Positions 28,722 through 37,400 of a stretch of 64,000 nucleotides of DNA are shown piece after piece. The position numbers were made by a program, and so were the translations under genes. Source of the DNA: Coprobacter sp. (GTDB lineage Bacteria > Bacteroidota > Bacteroidia > Bacteroidales > UBA11471); assembly GCA_017462265.1 (NCBI GenBank), contig JAFTRN010000050.1, positions 26,147 to 90,146 of the forward strand, given 5' to 3'. A model generated the notes under the pieces. That model saw only the letters and a list, made by a program, of their open reading frames with translations. It had not been told where the DNA came from and searched no databases. Numbering within the stretch: the stretch's first letter is position 1; each line of letters opens with the position of its first letter.

Positions 28722-30065
28722 ATGGCACAAAAACTCTGGGAAAAAAACGTACAAGTCGATGCTGAAATAGACCGATTCACCGTAGGTCGTGACCGGGAAA
28801 TGGATCTCTACCTCGCCCCTTACGATATACTCGGCTCTATGGCCCACATCACCATGCTCGAAAGTATCGGACTGCTCACGGCCGACGAGTTACGCAGGCT
28901 CATTGCCGAACTTCGCGACATATACAGCGTAGCCGAGCAGGGCAATTTCGTCATCGAAGAGGGCATCGAAGATGTTCATTCCCAAGTTGAATTGATGCTT
29001 ACCCGCAAACTGGGCGATATAGGCAAGAAGATACATAGCGGTCGCAGTCGCAACGATCAGGTATTGGTCGATCTCAAACTGTTTATACGCTCGGAACTGC
29101 AAAGCGTTGTGGAACTCACTCATACCCTGTTTGAGAGCCTCATCGCCCAAAGCGAGAAATACAAAGCGGTGCTGATGCCGGGATATACCCACTTGCAAGT
29201 GGCTATGCCCTCGTCATTCGGGTTATGGTTTGGCGCCTATGCCGAAAGTCTCGTCGATGACCTCACCGTGTTGCAAGCCGCCTATCGTGTATGCAACCGC
29301 AACCCGCTGGGCTCGGCCGCCGGTTACGGCTCGTCATTCCCGCTCGACCGTAGCATGACCACACGGCTGCTGGGATTCGACTCGATGAATTACAACGTGG
29401 TGTATGCCCAGATGGGGCGTGGAAAGACCGAGCGTATCGTGGCGACAGCCTTAGCCTCCATTGCCGGCACATTGGCCAAACTGGCCTTCGATGCCTGTAT
29501 GTTCAATTCTCAGAATTTCGGATTTATCAAGTTGCCCGACGCCTACACCACCGGTTCGAGCATCATGCCCCACAAGAAAAACCCCGATGTATTCGAATTG
29601 ACCCGCGCCAAATGCAATAAGATACAGGCCCTGCCCTATCAAATCACCCTCATCGCCAACAATCTGCCCTCAGGCTATTTCCGCGACCTGCAAATCATCA
29701 AAGAGGTTTTCCTCCCCGCCTTTGAAGAACTGAAAGACTGCCTGCAAATGGTCACTCAGATGATGAGCCACCTCACCGTGAACGAGCATATACTCGACGA
29801 CAAACGTTACGATCCCATATTCAGCGTAGAAGAGGTGAACCGTCTTGCCCTCGAAGGGGTACCCTTCCGCGACGCCTACAAAGAAGTGGGGCTGCGCATT
29901 GAGGCCGGAGATTTCACTCCCGACAAAAATCTGCACCACTCCCACGAAGGCAGTATCGGAAACCTGTGCAACGACAAAATCGCCGCACTCGAAGCCGAGA
30001 TTATCGGCAATTTCAATTTTGAAAAGACTCGCTCTGCATTCAACAGTCTTTTAGGGCGCAATTAA
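28722..30065 (+). CDS. argH: argininosuccinate lyase
   Basis: GRSRNDQV, GYTHLQVAMP and the fumarate-lyase signature GSSIMPHKKNPD are present. Confidence 0.9.
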   Translation: MAQKLWEKNVQVDAEIDRFTVGRDREMDLYLAPYDILGSMAHITMLESIGLLTADELRRLIAELRDIYSVAEQGNFVIEEGIEDVHSQVELMLTRKLGDIGKKIHSGRSRNDQVLVDLKLFIRSELQSVVELTHTLFESLIAQSEKYKAVLMPGYTHLQVAMPSSFGLWFGAYAESLVDDLTVLQAAYRVCNRNPLGSAAGYGSSFPLDRSMTTRLLGFDSMNYNVVYAQMGRGKTERIVATALASIAGTLAKLAFDACMFNSQNFGFIKLPDAYTTGSSIMPHKKNPDVFELTRAKCNKIQALPYQITLIANNLPSGYFRDLQIIKEVFLPAFEELKDCLQMVTQMMSHLTVNEHILDDKRYDPIFSVEEVNRLALEGVPFRDAYKEVGLRIEAGDFTPDKNLHHSHEGSIGNLCNDKIAALEAEIIGNFNFEKTRSAFNSLLGRN

Positions 30066-30070
30066 TCATC

Positions 30071-30553
30071 ATGTTACGTCACATTGCCTCCGCACTGTTT
30101 ATGGTCGTCCTGTTATTCACCTCGGGGTGCGACAATTTCGACGACCATCGCATACCCTCTCGCAACGTGCGCATAGAAATAAACACCGCGCAATGGAGCG
30201 TATATGGCGTACACGGATATATGGAATGGCAGGCCTTCATACGCAACACCACTCCCAAAGGATTTACATGGAAAGCCGGCAACTACACCGGATATGGCGG
30301 TGTGCTATTGGTATGTGGACTCGAAAATCAACTGCTCGCCTACGACATGGCCTGCCCTGTGGAGTGCTCCGAAACAATACGCGTCACCATCGACGAAACG
30401 GCCGGTATAGCCCTATGCCGCAAATGCGGTTCCACCTACGACGTATTCAACGGATTCGGGCAACCGCTCTCAGGCACAGCCTACACCGAGAAATATGGCC
30501 TCTCCTCCTATCTCGTCACTCCATCATCTACCGGCTACCTCATCTCCCGATAA
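30071..30553 (+). CDS. small lipoprotein with two Cys pairs (Rieske-fold-like?), function unknown
   Basis: The lipobox is LLFTSGC. The Cys pairs are CPVEC and CRKCGSTY. Confidence 0.5.
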   Translation: MLRHIASALFMVVLLFTSGCDNFDDHRIPSRNVRIEINTAQWSVYGVHGYMEWQAFIRNTTPKGFTWKAGNYTGYGGVLLVCGLENQLLAYDMACPVECSETIRVTIDETAGIALCRKCGSTYDVFNGFGQPLSGTAYTEKYGLSSYLVTPSSTGYLISR

Positions 30554-30642
30554 AGTTCCTCGTAAGGGGAAGCAATTTGTACGATTTATCAAGCACAACA
30601 AAATTTTAAAAAGCTAATCGTTGTATTTTCGCAAATAAGCAC

Positions 30643-30650
30643 TATCTTTG
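30643..30650 (+). promoter_or_regulatory. -7 promoter box TATCTTTG upstream of tRNA-Leu
   Basis: The TAnnTTTG motif lies ~65 nt before the tRNA 5' end. Confidence 0.4.
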
Positions 30651-30714
30651 TCGGCGAAAAGGCTTAACACCCTTTTTCAGCACCGAAAATCACAATTTCG
30701 GTTTCCGCAAGGAG

Positions 30715-30798
30715 GCTCGAATGGTGGAATGGTAGACACGAAGGACTTAAAATCCTTTGGCCATTGCGGCTGTGCGGGTTCGAGTCCCGCTTCGAGTA
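30715..30798 (+). tRNA. tRNA-Leu (anticodon TAA)
   Basis: I folded it by hand. The acceptor is gctcgaa/ttcgagt, with a G1-U72 wobble. The anticodon stem is aagga/tcctt with loop ctTAAaa. There is a long variable arm, and the T arm is gcggg-ttcgagt-cccgc. Confidence 0.85.
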
Positions 30799-30800
30799 CA

Positions 30801-30840
30801 AAAATTCCTCGCAGACAATGTCCGCGAGGAATTTTTGTTT
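30801..30840 (+). terminator. rho-independent terminator after tRNA-Leu
   Basis: The stem aaaattcctcgc / gcgaggaatttt is followed by tgttt. Confidence 0.75.
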
Positions 30841-30867
30841 TATATCGGTATCCGATAAATTGTTTTA

Positions 30868-31425
30868 TTACTCACAAAGGTGTTCGATGAGGATTTTAGT
30901 GCCGATGAGTATGAGTATCGCTCCACCGGCAAACTCGGCTTTGCTTTTATAACGGCAGCCAAACGCGTTGCCGATATGCAACCCCACGGCCGACAGCACA
31001 AAGGTGGTCAATCCTATAAGCGATATGGCCGGTAATATATCCACACCCAAGAAGGCAAACGTCACCCCTACCGCCAAGGCATCGATACTGGTAGCTACGG
31101 CCAACAAGAACATTTTCCGCACCGAGAAATCGTTACACCCGCACGCTTCATCTTTGGCAAACGACTCCTTCATCATATTAAAACCGATAATAGCCAGCAG
31201 GGCGAAGGCTATCCAATGGTCTATCTCCGTGACCACCGAGGCAAAACTTGCCCCCAAATAATAGCCTACAAGTGGCATTAATGCTTGAAAGCCTCCAAAC
31301 CATAGACCTACTTTGGCCGTGTGGTGCATCTTGATATTTTGCACAGACAACCCTTTACCGATAGATACGGCAAGCGCGTCCATCGACAATCCTACGGCTA
31401 TCAGCAGCAATTCCCATAATCCCAT
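30868..31425 (-). CDS. mntP: manganese efflux pump MntP
   Basis: Duplicated SMDA(L/F)AV motifs are present ([13 protein letters not shown] and [12 protein letters not shown]). The 185-aa protein is polytopic. Confidence 0.85.
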   Translation of the reverse strand: MGLWELLLIAVGLSMDALAVSIGKGLSVQNIKMHHTAKVGLWFGGFQALMPLVGYYLGASFASVVTEIDHWIAFALLAIIGFNMMKESFAKDEACGCNDFSVRKMFLLAVATSIDALAVGVTFAFLGVDILPAISLIGLTTFVLSAVGLHIGNAFGCRYKSKAEFAGGAILILIGTKILIEHLCE

Positions 31426-31523
31426 GCAACTTCTCTATCTTTTAATTTTCGTACGAAGATAGCACATAATTCCCTTATTTCTCGTCCGAAATAGAAGTTT
31501 ATCGATATTTCGAGAGAAAATTC

Positions 31524-31531
31524 TATCTTTG
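31524..31531 (+). promoter_or_regulatory. -7 promoter box TATCTTTG upstream of the esterase gene
   Basis: The TAnnTTTG motif lies 40 nt before ATG 31572. Confidence 0.45.
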
Positions 31532-31571
31532 TACTATCAAAGCAAGTATAAAACGAAAAAACAGCTATACC

Positions 31572-32489
31572 ATGAAAAAATTAGCACTTCTCGTCATCAC
31601 CGGCCTCATAACACTCGGCAACCTCAACGCACAAGAATTCATACCCTTGTGGGAAAAGGGTAGAATGCCCAACAGCAAAGGGATCGCATTGAAAGACAGT
31701 ATTGCCAACGAACGTATATACCAGGTAGGTACACCCGGTATGTATGTATTCGAGGCCTCCAAGGCCGAAAACAAAGGCGTAGGCGTGATAATCATTCCCG
31801 GGGGCGGATATGCCCGGCTCGCCTATCAAATAAGCGGATTCTCGCTCGCCAAGTGGTTCAACGCTATCGGCATCAATGCTTTTGTATTACAGCACCGTAT
31901 GCCTCAATCACCCGACGTAGAGACCTGCTACAAAGCTCCGTTGCAAGATACACAACGTGCCTTGCGCTATATCCGTGCCAATGCCGATCGTTGGGGTATC
32001 GACCCACAACGTGTGGGTGTAATGGGCAGCTCGGCCGGAGCACACCTCTCGGCCTGCGCCGCCACCATTACCGACGATTGGAGCCAAGTAGGCGACAGCC
32101 TCGACGCGCAATCCATCACCCCTGATTTTGCCATACTTGTGTCGCCCGTCGTGTCGATGGACGATGACAAGGTGCATAAAGGCAGCCGCAAAAATCTTTT
32201 GGGCAAACACGACTCGGCCAAGATGCGAGAGAAATTCTCGTGCGACAAACAGGTTTCGGCACAGACGCCTCCTATGTTTCTCGTGCACGCCATGAACGAC
32301 CCCGCCGTTTCGTGCCTCAACAGTATCGTGCTGTTCGAAGCCTTGAAACGCAACGACATAAAGGGTTCATCACTGCACATCTTCCCCGAAGGCGGACATA
32401 GCATTGCCCTGCGCAATAACCCCGGAACGACCAACGACTGGACCTCCCTCGCCGAGAAATGGCTCATCGAAATAGGTATCTTGAAGTAA
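31572..32489 (+). CDS. secreted alpha/beta hydrolase (esterase/lipase family)
   Basis: The protein has a signal peptide, a PGGGY oxyanion region, the GSSAG nucleophile elbow and a C-terminal His in FPEGGHS. Confidence 0.75.
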   Translation: MKKLALLVITGLITLGNLNAQEFIPLWEKGRMPNSKGIALKDSIANERIYQVGTPGMYVFEASKAENKGVGVIIIPGGGYARLAYQISGFSLAKWFNAIGINAFVLQHRMPQSPDVETCYKAPLQDTQRALRYIRANADRWGIDPQRVGVMGSSAGAHLSACAATITDDWSQVGDSLDAQSITPDFAILVSPVVSMDDDKVHKGSRKNLLGKHDSAKMREKFSCDKQVSAQTPPMFLVHAMNDPAVSCLNSIVLFEALKRNDIKGSSLHIFPEGGHSIALRNNPGTTNDWTSLAEKWLIEIGILK

Positions 32490-32507
32490 CCCGATTATCT
32501 GAAAACC

Positions 32508-32545
32508 ACACTGCGAGCGCGACTTTTCGGTCGCGCTCGCAGTGT
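32508..32545 (+). terminator. strong GC hairpin after the esterase gene (terminator-like, no clear U-tract)
   Basis: cactgcgagcgcgac / gtcgcgctcgcagtg is a perfect 15-bp stem with a 6-nt loop. Confidence 0.55.
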
Positions 32546-32553
32546 ATAAAATT

Positions 32554-32942
32554 ATTAGTGTCCGATAAAAATACGACTTCCTGTTTTTAAGATTTCATTA
32601 TGCCATCGGCATAAGACATTACAGCCCCGTATAAGCCGATTTATCGGCGCAATGCGGGGTGGAAATCGACCATTGATTTGCGATGCCGTAGGTATCGGAC
32701 TATAATGATTATCGCGCCTATATATAGGTCCAATACCTAAAGGCATTGATTATTACGAATACCCTATGTTCCCCGCATTGCGTTCGCCTACCGGCTCGCT
32801 TATACGGGGCTGTAAAAATCGATTACCTAACGGCAATCTTTTTATAACACAAACTCAAGCCCCGCTTTTTATTTTATCGCATAAATTATCTTAAATCATA
32901 GTTTTCCGAAGATTTTTTAAATCTTTATCGGACACCAATAGT
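32554..32942. repeat. MITE-like structured repeat element, copy 1
   Basis: The terminal inverted repeats are attaGTGTCCGATAAA (left) and TTTATCGGACACcaatagt (right). Internal inverted arms lie at 32622-32700 and 32728-32812. The core 32728-32839 is the reverse complement of 49668-49778. Confidence 0.8.
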
Positions 32943-32949
32943 ATAAAAT

Positions 32950-34404
32950 CTAAAAGACGAATCCAAAACGGAACGATATGGCCCTATTCAATTTCTCATA
33001 GGTATCTAATCCCTCATAATAATAGGGAGTTTTCATATTTATCAAGCCATTCCGCTCATAGGCGATAGATAGTTCCCACGCCGTCTTACCAACACCAAAC
33101 CAAGGTCTTTCTATACCAAATGAAGGGGATAGATAAAACCCTGTATTAAATGCTCCCTTGAATGTACCTTCCCGGAAAATATCTTTTTGCACAAGATAAT
33201 CTATACAAAGCGATAACCCTATCCGGGCATCAAAGAACGGTTTGGTCTTTTTATTAGAACCGGCCGGATATAATCTCACCATCGCATAGAGAGGCACCGA
33301 TAGTCGTGATGCACGATATTCATATTCCGAGCCATAATAGGTAACACTATTCCCCCCATACGAACTTTCATACTCTGACGTATAAATGTCAACCCCGACC
33401 AATTCATGGGGTGTGTAAGTTTTCCAATTCCAATTTATGGCTATACCGGCACCGAGATAGAAATACGACGACACGCTCCTCAAATAGGTCAACGATGTTC
33501 CTATCTCACTTATCGAGCCCTGAGGATAGATCGAATATGTCGTCATATGCCATATCCATTTATTATCGGGCACATAAGCGGGAGTAAGTCTATATTTCAT
33601 CTTATCGTTCGACACACCGGAATATAATGTAACCCGCTTAGTTCTATCCTTATATCCATTAGCACTTGTGGTAACTCTATATTCCCCGGCGACCGCCTCA
33701 AATGTGTATGGCACAAAACCCTTAAATACACCATCGACATATACCATTGCATTATCCACATTACTGGTTATCAACACATCGCCTTTGCGGGGTGTCAATA
33801 CCACATCAAATTCCGTGAGTGTCTCCGGCAGTATCTCGAACGTATCTTCTCGGGCGATATAATCACGATGAGAGACTGAATACCTATGTTTTCCTACGAG
33901 CAATCGCTCTTTCACTCGCCCACCGAGAGTGCTTCGCAATGTATCATCGATATACACATCGGCATCAGTCGGTGATACCGTCATAATAAGATATTCCATA
34001 TCTCGGCGCACCGGCGCATATTCGGTTTTCAGCACTATCTCATAGGTACGTCCCGACCCAATAGGCATACCATACCAATAATCCAATACGCCGAATTCCT
34101 GATGCTTTATCTGCAACTTCTTCGCCGCACGTGGTACCCACACATAGATTTCCCCTACGTCCTGCCGAGTATCGACTATACCCAACAAGCCGCCATCGAA
34201 GCGGAACCCCGTCTCGGTAGTACGCACCTTGATGAGGGCTGCCACTTCGCCATTTTGATCTATTCGTTTATTGAGGCCTTCGATATTGGCAGAAATCGAG
34301 TTTTCGACCAAACGGAAACTCTCCACCTCCATTTTTTGAGCAAAAGCAGAGAATTCCAACAACAAAAGAACCCCGATAATTATCAACGTCGCTATTCTAT
34401 TCAC
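32950..34404 (-). CDS. PEGA-domain protein with a C-terminal putative beta-barrel
   Basis: The protein has a signal peptide and PEGA-like repeats (MTVSPTDADVYIDDT..., VLITSNVDNAMVYVDGVFKGFVPYTFEAVAGEYRV). The C-terminal ~200 aa are aromatic-rich and strand-like, ending in FRFGFVF. Confidence 0.65.
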   Translation of the reverse strand: MNRIATLIIIGVLLLLEFSAFAQKMEVESFRLVENSISANIEGLNKRIDQNGEVAALIKVRTTETGFRFDGGLLGIVDTRQDVGEIYVWVPRAAKKLQIKHQEFGVLDYWYGMPIGSGRTYEIVLKTEYAPVRRDMEYLIMTVSPTDADVYIDDTLRSTLGGRVKERLLVGKHRYSVSHRDYIAREDTFEILPETLTEFDVVLTPRKGDVLITSNVDNAMVYVDGVFKGFVPYTFEAVAGEYRVTTSANGYKDRTKRVTLYSGVSNDKMKYRLTPAYVPDNKWIWHMTTYSIYPQGSISEIGTSLTYLRSVSSYFYLGAGIAINWNWKTYTPHELVGVDIYTSEYESSYGGNSVTYYGSEYEYRASRLSVPLYAMVRLYPAGSNKKTKPFFDARIGLSLCIDYLVQKDIFREGTFKGAFNTGFYLSPSFGIERPWFGVGKTAWELSIAYERNGLINMKTPYYYEGLDTYEKLNRAISFRFGFVF

Positions 34405-34451
34405 ACCTTTTCAAATCAAACACATTTATATAGACCAATAGGATAAATATG

Positions 34452-37400
34452 TCACTTTTTCACTACACGGAAGGTTTTGTGGTCGCCGTTGTGGGTAAGG
34501 GTGATATAATATACCCCGGGGGCGTAGGCCGACATATCGACTGATTGAGGTTCTGTGGCTTGGAACGTGGTAGCACATACCACTCGACCGGCTGCGTCGG
34601 TAATCGACAGCATGACTATACCCGAGCAGGCCCGTGTGGCGTCGATATGGCAATTGTCCTCCACAACTTGCGGATAGATACGCACCCTATCCTCGCCCGG
34701 CGACTTGATACCCGACACCTCGGCTACGGCTATCACCCCATCGCTTGTGAGACGACTGCCGTCCCATACCAACCCTTCACCGGGAGTACCATCAATAATA
34801 AATGTACCGGTGGTGGTTCCGGTCACGGCAAAGAGGGTAATCTCGTCGCCCGGCGCAAACGTGCGTCCGTCAGCCACAATGCGCAACGTATCGCTACCCA
34901 GCGACAGGTTTCCGCCCACCGACAATCTATCGTTGCCGGTGGCCGTGATACGCATCACAAGCGTTGCCCCGGTCGCACCCGATACCGTGCCCGACACCGA
35001 GAGTGTACCCGGCTCGTCGGTGCTACCGGGAGCCAATACCGCACCTTTCTGCAACGACACACTCTTCACAATACCCGTGCCTCGCAACATAGCGCCATTC
35101 TGCACCGTCACTTTATTAGCTGCCGCGCCACTCGCGTTATCGACCGAGAGCACACCGGCATACACGCCGATATTCGACGAGGTATTGCTGCCACCGGTGA
35201 GAGTCCAGGTGCCGGTTCCATACTTATTCACCGACGACGAAAGTACACCGGCAAATGTGGCATCGGCATGGTTATAACCCACGTTGTAGGTACCGTTTTT
35301 CACCGTGGCGGTAGTCGATGACGACGACAACGCTCCTATCGACGAGGTGAGCGATTGCGAGGAACCGCTACCACTCTTGAAGTGTCCCATCGTAACGCCA
35401 TCGCCCAAATCGACCGTAGTTCCCTTCATCGACATGGCGCTACATAAGCGGAAATCGCTTCCCGTTACATACAATCGTCCAGTGAACGAACTCCAGCTTG
35501 CCTTCATATCGGTGCGGACATAGGGTATGGTGAGGCGTATCGTACCCGCACCACTGAACGAACCGTTGATATAGCAACGCTGACCGGCAGCCAACGTCAC
35601 ATCGGCCCCCTCGGGCACGGTGACTTTATAATTGAAATTGGGTATCTGTGAGGTGTTGTTATTGTTGAATATCTGCACCGTACCACCCTTCATCACCAGC
35701 GACGAACCGAGTGCGCCAAACGTAGAGGTGTACGAGCCTTGCGCCAACGTACCGGCCTCGACCACCGTTCCTCCCTTATAGGTATTGGCACTGCCATAGG
35801 TGATATTCAACTGACCGTTGCCTCGTTTCACGAGCGTACCATTACCGCTTATCAGACCTTTGAGACTGGTATATCCTTTCTGTATATCGAGCGACACGCT
35901 ATCGGTAATCGACATCCGACTGTCGGTCGATGTGTTGGCGTTGTTCACCGACAAAGTCGCGTTTTGCAACTGCAACACGCCCGAGGCACCGAGACTGCTC
36001 GGTTGCCCCGCGTCGGAGAGCGCCGCGACTACCGTAGTACCACCGTTGAGTATGGTCGTACCGGTATAGTCGTTCTTGGTGGAGTTTATAATCAATGTTC
36101 CCGCGCCCGACTTGGTAAGTCCGCCGGTACCACTGAATCCGCCGGCGCCGTTTTGCACATATTCCGCCGTCGTATTATTGAAATAGAGGCCGGTCGTTTC
36201 ATACAGGTCGTCGGTCGAAATCACAGTATTCGTCGCATTATCATCGAATGTCACTGCGTCGCCGGCTACAAAGGTTGTAGCCTCATCGGCGAGCGAGAAA
36301 TTCTCGGTTTCAAAGTCCCATGCACCCGAGAAGGTTCCCGTCCAGTGCACTCCGGTCGAAGCGCTGCGCTGCTCTTTCACCACCAGTACTATCGATTTCT
36401 CTTGTATCTGCAATTCATAGGGGAAGCCTTTCAACCCTTTCACAGCAAGGTTTTCAAGCGAACCTGTAATTTCTCCGCTCCAACGAATCAGGACATATTC
36501 ACCCGGTAACGGACGCGCCTCAGCCGTCACCATATTGATGACCGATACACCCGAGAGGGAGAAATCGCCATTGATTGTAATAAGGTCGCTCACGATCGTA
36601 TCGGCAGTCTGCAAATTCATTTCGAGATATACGTTATCGGTCAAGGCAAGACCTTTCTCAAAAGTTATCACGCCAAAAGGCTCGGCCTCGGTACCGGGCG
36701 ACAGACGACAGCCCTCATAGTTGAGCGCGCCCTCGAATACACAATCGCCGGCTACCACGGCATTGCCCGCCAATGTACCACGGGCACGCAGGTCGAGGAG
36801 GCTCTTTATGGTGTCATTCAGCGCCAACGTACCCTCGGATATAATCGTCTTACCGGTATGTCGCAACGGCATATTCACCACCAACGTACCCTCCATCGAC
36901 TTCCACAACTCCATATCACCGGCAAAGCCTCCGGTTCCGGTCCATGTATATTGTTGTCCCCGAGGAGTCATTACATACACCGCCGAGGGCAAAAGCGTTT
37001 CATTGATAGTAATCGGCTGCGAGGCATCGCCCGATATATCGAAAAGCACACTCTTTCCGTCGGCATACACGGTATTTTCGTCGCGAGCAAACGATACAAA
37101 CGCATCGGTCGCCGCGACACTCCACTCGCTACCACCACGCCACACCACGTCGGTCACCATCGAAGGGGGCAACGGAGGTGTGGGCATATCATAGCCGAGA
37201 TAGTAATCGGGCAACGGGCTTTGGTAATATCCACGCGTGGTGCACTGCATACGATAGGCGGGGTTCTGTTGCAAACAATAGAGTGCCACATCGGTGGGGT
37301 AATCGGTCGTAAAACCTACGATACCTGAGCAACCGGTCTCGTCGCCTCTGCGCAAAATCACCTCATCGCGCCAGTCGCCTATCATATCGCCAAAATACAT

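Noticed and set aside
31426-31571. A yybP-ykoY manganese riboswitch expected upstream of mntP
   Set aside because: The minus-strand leader is AT-rich. It lacks the conserved GGGGAGTAG and CTTGACA-type elements and the four-way junction helices.
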